From a virus (Duplodnaviria; Heunggongvirae; Uroviricota; Caudoviricetes), in the IMG/VR virus record IMGVR_UViG_3300032257_000002, positions 1-64,000 of that record: a DNA stretch of 64,000 nt. One strand, written 5' to 3'. Made by a program: the position numbers and the translations under genes. Positions 48,976 through 57,829 of this stretch are shown here, piece by piece. The notes beneath the pieces are model-generated. The model searched no databases and was not told the DNA's origin. It was given only the letters and a program-made list of their open reading frames with translations. Numbering within the stretch: the stretch's first letter is position 1; every line of letters starts with the position of its first letter.

Positions 48976-50139
48976 ATGAACCTACAACTACAAAAAATAT
49001 GCTCAAAGTATAACGGTGTAGTCCACAAAGACTTTCCAAACTACATAATTTCCCGACATGGTGAAATATACTCACTTAAACGACAAAGGTTCCTTGACAA
49101 AACTTTACGAAAACGTGATCCACAAGATCTCAATAGTAAATATGATGAGATGGTCCATATAGTAGTAAATAATACTCCCCGAACTATTGCAGTTCATAGG
49201 CTATTAGCGACTGTTTTCATCCCTAATCCAGGTAATAAAGACACTGTAAACCATATTGATGGAAATTCTTCTAATAACTCGCTTAGTAATCTCGAATGGA
49301 TGACGCAGAGCGAGAATTCATCACATGCCCATGCACTAAACTTGATATCCGGCAAGTACACTAAATGCGTTGTAAGTACTATAAAGTATAAAGAAGAGTA
49401 TGTTGCCACTTATAGTAGTTTAACCGAGGCAGCAAAAACTGTTGATAATGTAAATCCTCAACGCTGTATTGGATTAATAGCTGCAGCAGCAGTTAATAAT
49501 CAGTCAGATAAGGTAAGTGTAAATGGTGCACCTTACACCTCCCAAGGGTATGTATGGAGGTACGCAAGCAAACAGAAGAAACAATATATACAGGAAAGTG
49601 TTGAATACGCTGATTGGTCGATATTAGATGTAGACTACAAGGTTTTTTCTGAGAACACAGACTACTTAATAACAGTAGATGGTAGAGTATATGACAACGT
49701 AAAAGAAAGATGGCTCACACTGTCGGTAATTACTGCGAAAGGTAATAGATTGCCTTATACAACCGTCTCATTACGGAATGGCAGTACTTATAAACAGTAT
49801 AGGGTAGCCAAACTGGTAGCAGGTGCTTACGGAAAGAGCTACACTAAAGTAGACTTTATAGATGGAAACATTTGTAACTGCCATCTGGATAACCTATGTG
49901 AGAAAGAAGCTGGTACGAATTCAAGGCCAGTGATTGCCTACAAGTTAGTATGGAAAGACGTAAATATAGAGTACAAGAATTCTACGAGAGAAGTAGGACA
50001 ACTTACTGGAATAACTGTAAAAGCGATACCTGAAATAATAATACAAAACAAAGATATACCTCTGCAACTAGAGTACACGGATACTACATGTCCCTACACA
50101 AGAAATGGTTATGTCCTACGAGGCTTAAGTAAAAGTTAA
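48976..50139 (+). CDS. HNH homing endonuclease (HNH_3 family) inserted downstream of the capsid gene
   Basis: NPGNKDTVNHIDGNSSNNSLSNLEWMTQSENSSHAHA is a classic HNH_3 core. NUMOD-like NYIISRHGEIYS. The RBS lies inside a hairpin. Confidence 0.7.
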   Translation: MNLQLQKICSKYNGVVHKDFPNYIISRHGEIYSLKRQRFLDKTLRKRDPQDLNSKYDEMVHIVVNNTPRTIAVHRLLATVFIPNPGNKDTVNHIDGNSSNNSLSNLEWMTQSENSSHAHALNLISGKYTKCVVSTIKYKEEYVATYSSLTEAAKTVDNVNPQRCIGLIAAAAVNNQSDKVSVNGAPYTSQGYVWRYASKQKKQYIQESVEYADWSILDVDYKVFSENTDYLITVDGRVYDNVKERWLTLSVITAKGNRLPYTTVSLRNGSTYKQYRVAKLVAGAYGKSYTKVDFIDGNICNCHLDNLCEKEAGTNSRPVIAYKLVWKDVNIEYKNSTREVGQLTGITVKAIPEIIIQNKDIPLQLEYTDTTCPYTRNGYVLRGLSKS

Positions 50140-50159
50140 GATGTATCTAGTTATAATAG
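50128..50159 (+). promoter_or_regulatory. late-promoter-like element AAAGTTAAGA-N10-TATAATAGC
   Basis: TATAAT at 50152-50157, about 100 nt upstream of 50259. Confidence 0.35.
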
Positions 50160-50258
50160 CGAAGTAACAAACGTTAATCCTCTGCTTTAAGGTACTACAC
50201 CGTAAAGAATATGATTGACTTTTAAAAACTAAACACCCCAGATAAAAGGATTTAGAAA

Positions 50259-50774
50259 ATGGCAAACGAAGAACTAGAACTATTGAGAGAAGAGGCTAAA
50301 GACCTAGGTATTTCATTCAGTCCAAATATCGGTGAAGTAAAGCTTCAAGAAAAAATCGATGAGTATTACAAATCACAAGAGTCTTCAGATGAAGAAATCC
50401 CAGCTGCTGAAGAAACACTGGCAGAGGAAAAATCTGAAGAGAAGCTTGTTGTGGCTAGTAACAAACCAAAACCAATGGCACAGATCGCTAAAGAGTTGTA
50501 CGATAAAGCTAGTCAAACTAGGGTTGTGACAATCATCGATAACGATCAGCGTGTTAACAACCAGACTACTACCTGTAAAGCTACGTGGTCAAACGCGTAT
50601 TATGATCTAGGTACTAAGATCTTTCCTCTTAATACTCCGATCGAGATTAAGCAAGGTTTCATCAATGTACTAAAAGAAGTGGAAATTCCACATCACATTA
50701 AAGATCCGAAATCAGGACTTTCTAAGACGTATATGCGTAAGCGTTTTACGATTAGTTACGAAGATAAGAACTAG
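50259..50774 (+). CDS. hypothetical virion-associated protein (171 aa)
   Basis: ORF track; followed by hairpin + T-tract. Confidence 0.5.
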   Translation: MANEELELLREEAKDLGISFSPNIGEVKLQEKIDEYYKSQESSDEEIPAAEETLAEEKSEEKLVVASNKPKPMAQIAKELYDKASQTRVVTIIDNDQRVNNQTTTCKATWSNAYYDLGTKIFPLNTPIEIKQGFINVLKEVEIPHHIKDPKSGLSKTYMRKRFTISYEDKN

Positions 50775-50791
50775 GGCAACCTAGGTTTTAC
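50771..50791 (+). terminator. intrinsic terminator-like hairpin CTAGG-GCAA-CCTAG + GTTTTA
   Basis: Seen in sequence; overlaps the stop of 50259..50774. A second UUCG-loop hairpin GAAGGTAC-TTCG-GTATCTTC follows at 50795-50814. Confidence 0.45.
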
Positions 50792-50843
50792 TAGAAGGTA
50801 CTTCGGTATCTTCGTGTAAGATTATAAATAGTAAGGATGCTAG

Positions 50844-51383
50844 ATGACAATTCCAAAAGGTGCTGAGTTCGGGTTAACGATTACCGTAGTAGAGAAAGAC
50901 TCGTTCCTGCCTCAGGATCTAGTTGCTATGGATGTGGCTGCTTCTACATTTAAGCTGACTAAACTGGCTGACCTATGCGATGTCACAGTAGGTACAGTTA
51001 CACTAACAAGACCTGCTGACGTCACCTATACTTTCGAAGATGTGACGACGACTACAGCCGACTACGTAGTAGACAGTGTAATCTTGGATACAAGTTCTGG
51101 GCTAGTATATACATGTATACTAGGTAGTACTACTGGTGCACTACTGACTAATGCTACATACTTTACAGAGACTACTACATACCTTGATGGCAAGGTAGAT
51201 GTTCTACTGGATAGCACACTAACTGCTTCCCTAGACTACTTACGTGGAGACGCAGTAGATAACTATTATTTGAAGCCGACATACCAAGGTGTGATTAACA
51301 TTAAGTTTACTGACGGTACTCCGGAACGTACTGCTATTATTGAAAAGGTATATGTAGCTCCAACAGGAGTTGTATGTGTCTGA
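50844..51383 (+). CDS. hypothetical Thr-rich structural protein (179 aa)
   Basis: ORF track. Confidence 0.5.
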   Translation: MTIPKGAEFGLTITVVEKDSFLPQDLVAMDVAASTFKLTKLADLCDVTVGTVTLTRPADVTYTFEDVTTTTADYVVDSVILDTSSGLVYTCILGSTTGALLTNATYFTETTTYLDGKVDVLLDSTLTASLDYLRGDAVDNYYLKPTYQGVINIKFTDGTPERTAIIEKVYVAPTGVVCV

Positions 51384-53025
51384 TATTGAAGTAAGTGCAG
51401 GGAATACTGTTACAGTAGAGACTGAAAATAACGTCACTGTCGAAACTCCAAATAACACAGCTACTGTCAGCACGGATAGTAGTGGTGTAGTAGATGTAAA
51501 TCCTTACGAGTATAGTTTAACTAGTTCTGGGATATACACAGGTAATCTAACCGGTGGAATACCTATATGGTTGCAAACTGCAATTGAACAGGAGCTAACT
51601 GAAGGTGAAGGTAACCTGACATCTGTTGTAGCTGATCTAGCTTCATTAGTAACTGTACTGGAAGCTGGAGTTAACCAGAACATTACGAACATCAATACAA
51701 CTAACACTAACTTGGCTGCGCTAGAAACTACGGTTGTGTCTAGATTAGATGGTAATGACGCCGCAATAGTTAATCTTGACGTAACTAAGGTAACGGCGAC
51801 TGAAGCTACAGCAATATCTGCAGATGTGGTGAGTACTAGTTTTGGTGGTAATGTTGATGCGTATATCGGTACAATAGCTGCTACGTATGTGGATGCTAAT
51901 AGTGCTATTGCGCAGGAAGTTGATACGCTAGTGACTAGTGTAAATGGTGTAACAGCTAGTGTAAGTGAAGTGTCTGTGGCTAGTGTAGATGAAGGCGAAG
52001 CAAGAGCTAAACACTCACTGGTTGTGAATGCGGATGGTAATATTGCTGGGTATGTAGCAGAGGCTGGTACTACAAGTAACTTTACGATTGTCGCTGATAC
52101 GTTTAAAGTGCAGGGGACTACTACAGGATATACTCCAATAGCTGTAGATACAGTTACTGGTAAGTTAAAGTTCACTGGTGACGTACGGTTTGAAGGACTA
52201 GGCATTGATGGTGGAAGCACTACTATTGACGGTGGTAAGATTACTACGAACACACTAGATGCTAATAGACTTACAACCAACTTTGCGTGGATCAACGGCA
52301 GTGTCCAGTCAAGTGATTTTACTACTGTAGGTGGAGCAGGTTTTAGACTTAAAGCTAATGCTGCTGGAACATCCGCAGACCCTTCAATCTATGGCGCGTA
52401 TATCCGAGGTGGGACAATCTCCGCAGTCGAATTAGAAAGCTCTACACTTAATGTTAGAGATATTACTGTTACCACAGATTCTGGCCTGCCTACACGTACT
52501 GTGATAGCGTCTGTGACCACACCTACAGTTACCTCAACATCAGCAACCTGGACATTCGATATAGGTCACTGGAGCGCCACTACAACAACTAACAGGCTTG
52601 CTGGGCCTGCATCTATCCTTACACCGGCTGGAACACCATTAATAAACTATACATCTTTCTACTCAGGCAGCACACCAGACACTCGCCCAGCATCTATGTC
52701 GTATAATGGCTGGCCTATCCTCTACTTTGATCCCGATGTTGCTACAAGTACTGCGTTCAGCATAACAGTGAATGGCGTAGCTTGGAATGCCCCTACAGGC
52801 ATTACAACCACTACACCGACTATTAACGGCATCACGTTCGCATACATACACAGCGGTGTTGGGGATGACGACCAAATCGCGGTGTTTATAAAGCCTATTT
52901 GCTCCTCCCCAACAACGTGGAGTGGAGATAAACTGGTAATTACATTTTCTAGTGCCAGCACGTGGCTTCAGTGGGATGCTGGTCTTAGGTCCCATCAAAT
53001 CACACTATTAGCCCACAACGTATAA
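51370..53025 (+). CDS. tail structural protein (551 aa, Thr/Ser/Gly-rich)
   Basis: ORF track; composition. Confidence 0.55.
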   Translation: MYVSDIEVSAGNTVTVETENNVTVETPNNTATVSTDSSGVVDVNPYEYSLTSSGIYTGNLTGGIPIWLQTAIEQELTEGEGNLTSVVADLASLVTVLEAGVNQNITNINTTNTNLAALETTVVSRLDGNDAAIVNLDVTKVTATEATAISADVVSTSFGGNVDAYIGTIAATYVDANSAIAQEVDTLVTSVNGVTASVSEVSVASVDEGEARAKHSLVVNADGNIAGYVAEAGTTSNFTIVADTFKVQGTTTGYTPIAVDTVTGKLKFTGDVRFEGLGIDGGSTTIDGGKITTNTLDANRLTTNFAWINGSVQSSDFTTVGGAGFRLKANAAGTSADPSIYGAYIRGGTISAVELESSTLNVRDITVTTDSGLPTRTVIASVTTPTVTSTSATWTFDIGHWSATTTTNRLAGPASILTPAGTPLINYTSFYSGSTPDTRPASMSYNGWPILYFDPDVATSTAFSITVNGVAWNAPTGITTTTPTINGITFAYIHSGVGDDDQIAVFIKPICSSPTTWSGDKLVITFSSASTWLQWDAGLRSHQITLLAHNV

Positions 53026-53036
53026 AGGAAAAATAA

Positions 53037-54164
53037 ATGGCAATAACATATAACCCAGTCACGCTGACTGACATAGATAATCAGGTAGTAGAGCTGTACC
53101 AAAAGCTGATGTCAGCATCGACCAGTAAAGATAGTGTGTATCTTAAAGCAAAAGAAACTGTAACACAGATTCTAAATGATGCAGGACTAGATGCTAGAGA
53201 ACGTGCACAGATACTTTCGCAGACTATCGGAAGTATGGTGAATGGTATTACGGCACAGTCTCTACAGGCAGCTATAGACCTAGCTAAGGATGATAGGGAT
53301 AGTGAGTATCTACTTACTAAACTGCGTGAAGATACTAAACTAGTGACGGCGCAAATAGCTAAGGTAGAGAAGGATATTGAAGATGCAGAAGCAGCGAAGA
53401 ATCTAAAGATCGGTCAAGGCTGGTTATTGCAAGGACAGATGTATAGAGATTATGGTGCAGTACCGGATAACCTAGTGTATGCAAATAACGAGTTGGCTGA
53501 CATAGATTACGATGCGAGTTATGGTACAAAGTATGAGAGTATTCGTCAAGCTCAAGCCGGAACATATAATACGTATGCCGGTTCGTATAGAGCTAACGGA
53601 TATGTGTCGCTACCGCTGAATGCTGATGGTACATTGGCTAGCGGTGTAGCTGGAGACTCTGAAGGTCTGGTTCACGCGCAGACTAATGTTGCTATCAGAC
53701 AAGAGCGCGGCTTCGACGATAATATGAGACAACACGTTGCAAATAGTTCATCTAGTATGATCAGTTTGCTGTTGAGTACAGAAGCTAGTGGTATTGACTA
53801 TACGCCGTACCTAGCTCAATGGACTGACTCAATCGAGTACCTAAATACTACAGCAAATGTAACAGCTGGTACTATAACTACCACAGTCATTCCGGCATCT
53901 ATATCTATTGCCGTAGGCGGTACTATATCAGGAACTACACTGAATATTATAGCTGGTACTTCTGTAGAACTGGTTATTACTGATGGTGTAAGTCTGTCAG
54001 CTACTGTAGTCGCACTAGTACAACTTGATGGCTCGTGGTCAGCGACATTTGCACCAGCAGACTTGACAGGACTGATAGCTGCAGCAGGTAACGTAACTTC
54101 GACCGTAACAGATAGTACAGGTAAACAACGAACAGATATCGATGCAGTAACGCTAGTAGCGTAA
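53037..54164 (+). CDS. tail structural protein (375 aa)
   Basis: ORF track. Confidence 0.5.
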   Translation: MAITYNPVTLTDIDNQVVELYQKLMSASTSKDSVYLKAKETVTQILNDAGLDARERAQILSQTIGSMVNGITAQSLQAAIDLAKDDRDSEYLLTKLREDTKLVTAQIAKVEKDIEDAEAAKNLKIGQGWLLQGQMYRDYGAVPDNLVYANNELADIDYDASYGTKYESIRQAQAGTYNTYAGSYRANGYVSLPLNADGTLASGVAGDSEGLVHAQTNVAIRQERGFDDNMRQHVANSSSSMISLLLSTEASGIDYTPYLAQWTDSIEYLNTTANVTAGTITTTVIPASISIAVGGTISGTTLNIIAGTSVELVITDGVSLSATVVALVQLDGSWSATFAPADLTGLIAAAGNVTSTVTDSTGKQRTDIDAVTLVA

Positions 54165-54176
54165 GGAAGGTGAGAG

Positions 54177-55949
54177 ATGGGCTATATAACTAGAGATGCT
54201 GTAGGCCCGGCTGTCACTGCGTACGTAGCTGCGTCATTCTTCAAGAATAGGATGCTTATGGCAGACCTAGGTTGGCCGACAACGACAATCGACGGTAGGT
54301 TGGTATTCGGTAGACTGTACTACTACCAGAATGGTGTAGGAGTGTATAAGACACCTAGACATCTGGCTATCTATAAACTGCTGAATATGGATGTAGGTGA
54401 TCTAGAGGCTCAAAGCTACGAGGGTGTAGAAAATGCGTATCTGTATGTAAGAGGCGTGAATATAGAGTATGCAGTAACACGTACAGAAGCTGAGGGTTAC
54501 ATTGAAGAATTCAGTCCACTAATCTATCCAGATAATCCTGATCCGTTTAATCCTGATCCTAATCCCGATCCAATAACTGATCTAAATCCAGATCCATTTA
54601 AAGGTACAGAAGATGCTCAGTGGGATTCGGAGGGGTGGATCACTTCATATATTACGTACACACCACCAACATCAACACAGGTGAACGAGTTCATAACAGA
54701 CGCTGAAGTAATAGCACTGATCAATGCTAACGATAAAAACACACTGTGGTATGACAGCGAAGATTCGTCTAGGTTGACCGCGCTAGCACTACTCGACTCC
54801 TCTAATGTAATGTTTGAGAAGAACATACAAATACGTGTCAAGGAACTAGAGCAGAAAACAACCTACGTGAGAAATAGGCATAAATCCTATCAAGGGTCTA
54901 ATAGTGCTAGATACATAAAAAGTGTGATTGTCGAATATAAGTTTCGTAGGATACTGGACCCTGCGGATGTAGCGGCTGACGGGTATATGGCAGCAGTAGC
55001 CGCTGAAGTAGCTGCGCTGGACGATATCCATCAACTAGGTGGCTTCGTAGGTAGGCGAGTAAAGACAGTAGATTTCATAGCTAACTCTACAAAATCTAGC
55101 TTTGCGGAACAGTTGATAGACATGTATGACTATGTCGTACCTATTACAGAGACAGCTCTGAACTATGGTGGGTATTTAAAAGTCGATGGGATGAGTGCTC
55201 TGAAAGTAAGAGACTTCATGGAGATATTCGTAAAGCAGATAGCTTCAGGACATCAACAAAAGAAGACTAAGTGGTATAAGAAGTTACTAGTTGTAATAGT
55301 AGACATTATAGTGGTAGTGGTAGCGGTAGTAGTATTCATAGTTACTGGCGGTAATCTGGCTGCAGTGTCCTTCGTGTTTGCGTTAGGTGCAATGGTACAG
55401 ACAGCTCTGGCTGCGTATTGGGTGAAGAACGGTGACTACGCTGCAGCGCAGTATGCGAGTAAACATGCGATGTATCTAGGTACAGCTGCACAGATAGCCG
55501 CTATAGCAAATATCTTCTACGGTGATCCGGGACTAATGGAAAAGATAGCTGCTGCGACTATGGCTGTAGCCAAGGCTACAAAAAACGAAGACCTTGAGCT
55601 GGCTGCATCTATCGCTGCACTAATATCCTCCGGGTATGCGATGACACAGTCTACTAGTAATCTGATGCTAACTGGTGTATCAGCACTCAATCAGTCATTC
55701 ACTGTGTACTCTAGGTATATCAGTCCTCCGGATAAGGGTATAGAAGAACTGCAGGGTAAACTAGTAGAGTCAGAGCGCGAGCTAGAAGACTTGTCGGGTC
55801 CTGAAAAGATAGATACAGTAGAAAGAGAGTTCAGCGATCCGTACACTAACTATATAGACGTAAATGAAAAGATGCAAGGTATGCCGTACTTGCTGACACA
55901 CGGTAGAAATGCGGCACTGATGGAAAAGTACTACGACTCAAACTACTAA
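54177..55949 (+). CDS. virion protein with NPDP repeats and C-terminal multi-TM region (possible ejection/membrane-penetration protein)
   Basis: DNPDPFNPDPNPDPITDLNPDPF. Hydrophobic stretch LLVVIVDIIVVVVAVVVFIVTGG... Confidence 0.5.
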   Translation: MGYITRDAVGPAVTAYVAASFFKNRMLMADLGWPTTTIDGRLVFGRLYYYQNGVGVYKTPRHLAIYKLLNMDVGDLEAQSYEGVENAYLYVRGVNIEYAVTRTEAEGYIEEFSPLIYPDNPDPFNPDPNPDPITDLNPDPFKGTEDAQWDSEGWITSYITYTPPTSTQVNEFITDAEVIALINANDKNTLWYDSEDSSRLTALALLDSSNVMFEKNIQIRVKELEQKTTYVRNRHKSYQGSNSARYIKSVIVEYKFRRILDPADVAADGYMAAVAAEVAALDDIHQLGGFVGRRVKTVDFIANSTKSSFAEQLIDMYDYVVPITETALNYGGYLKVDGMSALKVRDFMEIFVKQIASGHQQKKTKWYKKLLVVIVDIIVVVVAVVVFIVTGGNLAAVSFVFALGAMVQTALAAYWVKNGDYAAAQYASKHAMYLGTAAQIAAIANIFYGDPGLMEKIAAATMAVAKATKNEDLELAASIAALISSGYAMTQSTSNLMLTGVSALNQSFTVYSRYISPPDKGIEELQGKLVESERELEDLSGPEKIDTVEREFSDPYTNYIDVNEKMQGMPYLLTHGRNAALMEKYYDSNY

Positions 55950-55952
55950 GCA

Positions 55953-55980
55953 AAAGTTAAGAGTTGGTGTGGTATAATAG
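55953..55980 (+). promoter_or_regulatory. late-promoter-like element AAAGTTAAGA-N10-(TGG)TATAATAGA
   Basis: TGGTATAAT at 55969-55977, upstream of 56014. Confidence 0.4.
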
Positions 55981-56013
55981 AAAAAATAAGGGTATAGACT
56001 CAAAGGGTAGAAG

Positions 56014-56427
56014 ATGGCAGTCAATGATTTCACAATAGATCCGGTAAGACAGTTCGAAAGTTTGATGGAAACTGGACAAAATGATGCAGCAATGAGCGTA
56101 GTATCAGCAAATCCGGATAAATTTGCAAACTACAACTTTGAAGGTATCGGTGCTGGTAATCTAGGTACACTTCCTAAAGATGAAGGTTTCCTTGGTACTG
56201 GATTGTCCGGACTAGACGCTACTAAGGCAGGACTAGGGATAGGTCAGCTAGGACTAGGTATTGCAGGATATATAGATAACAAAAAAACAGCTGGTAAGCA
56301 ACGAGAACTGATGGGTCAACAAATTGCCAGTAATAGATTTCTGCTGAACCAAGCGCAAGGTAGACAAAAAGACATCGGTAAAGCATTCGGTGGTGGTGGA
56401 CTAGCTGCATCTACACGAACTGTATAA
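56014..56427 (+). CDS. hypothetical Gly-rich protein (137 aa)
   Basis: ORF track. Confidence 0.5.
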   Translation: MAVNDFTIDPVRQFESLMETGQNDAAMSVVSANPDKFANYNFEGIGAGNLGTLPKDEGFLGTGLSGLDATKAGLGIGQLGLGIAGYIDNKKTAGKQRELMGQQIASNRFLLNQAQGRQKDIGKAFGGGGLAASTRTV

Positions 56428-56436
56428 GGATAAAAT

Positions 56437-57771
56437 ATGCCATTAAGACAAGATTTCGGTTCATTCAGACAACCAGTAAGTCCTACTAGAGAATTGTCCA
56501 GTATACTCGGCGATCTGCAAGGACAAGTAGTACAAGAGCAGAAAATGCAAATGGCTGAACAGGTCCAGAAAGATGCACTAGCTCAGCAAGCTGTAGAGAA
56601 TGCGCGAGCTAAAGAAATTCTAGGTATGCGACGCGGTGAATACGATCGTACTATGGCAGAAAAAAATGCTGCAGATATTGCAAACTCGTTGTATATGGAT
56701 GTAACTCCGAACAAGATACAGACAGCACCAGAAAAGACTACAGTCATACCGGGTACACCTGGAACAGAAGGTCTGATAACTAATGCAGAGCTGAGTAAAA
56801 GTGCACAGATCGGCAGAGCTGCTGATGAAGCAATGCGTCTAGATAAGTTGTTGAAAGGTGGTAATACTACTGACAGTAAACCAATAAGTATAGACACCAG
56901 CTTTCTAAATCTACCACAAGCTGAAGAATCTAAAACTACTGCACGCTATACCGATCCAACCTATAAGTATGCTGCAAATAGTCGTATGTTGAATGACTAT
57001 ATGAAAAGAGGTAGCCAACGATCTCCGTCAATACCTGCTAAACCTATGGGGTATGAGGAAGGGCCGGTAGATACGCAATCTACAATTCCGAGTATGCCTA
57101 TTGAATTACCTAGTAAACTCGACCTAGAAGCTGAACGACAGAAGCAGCTAAGTAAGATAGATGAACTGACAAAAGAGGTAGTATCTGGGTATAAAGCAGG
57201 GGCACAGGCTCCTACTAAAGAAACTAAAACAGTAACACCGGCTGAGTATAAATTCAAAGCACCGTCTAGAGAAGAATTCAATAAGACGCTACTAGCACAG
57301 GCTAGAAAAGACAAAGGCGGAGAACTATCTAAAGTAGAAAAAGGTGCTATCGGTAAACGAGCGGAGACACTGTTCAATAGGTCTGAAGATCTAGCACTAA
57401 AAAATATGGAACTACTAGCTAGACAAGCTAGAGGTACTCCAAGAGAAACCGCATACGATCGTGAGTTGGGTAGACTACGTGCTCAAAAATTGATGGGTGT
57501 ACTAGATAAGGGTAATAAAGGTTATGACAAAGTGAGTGAATTTGCTGAGAGCATGTACACAATGTTCCCTGATGATCCTAACCGTGTAGCACAGTACATA
57601 GAGGATAATAAAGCAGAATTAAGCAAGATGTCTAAGCAGAACCTAGCAGCAAGAGTCGCGGAGTTCAAATCGCGCGAAGGACAGGAAAGTAGCCTAGACG
57701 TTACTGACTGGTTCCCTACAGCCTTAGGTGGCGGTACTAAAATAGGTGATGTCCTAGATAGCACTAGATAA
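56437..57771 (+). CDS. hypothetical virion protein (444 aa)
   Basis: ORF track. Confidence 0.5.
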   Translation: MPLRQDFGSFRQPVSPTRELSSILGDLQGQVVQEQKMQMAEQVQKDALAQQAVENARAKEILGMRRGEYDRTMAEKNAADIANSLYMDVTPNKIQTAPEKTTVIPGTPGTEGLITNAELSKSAQIGRAADEAMRLDKLLKGGNTTDSKPISIDTSFLNLPQAEESKTTARYTDPTYKYAANSRMLNDYMKRGSQRSPSIPAKPMGYEEGPVDTQSTIPSMPIELPSKLDLEAERQKQLSKIDELTKEVVSGYKAGAQAPTKETKTVTPAEYKFKAPSREEFNKTLLAQARKDKGGELSKVEKGAIGKRAETLFNRSEDLALKNMELLARQARGTPRETAYDRELGRLRAQKLMGVLDKGNKGYDKVSEFAESMYTMFPDDPNRVAQYIEDNKAELSKMSKQNLAARVAEFKSREGQESSLDVTDWFPTALGGGTKIGDVLDSTR

Positions 57772-57829
57772 GGAATACTAAAGCAAAAAATAGGTATACT
57801 ATACCATAAATACTACATACGGGGATAGA

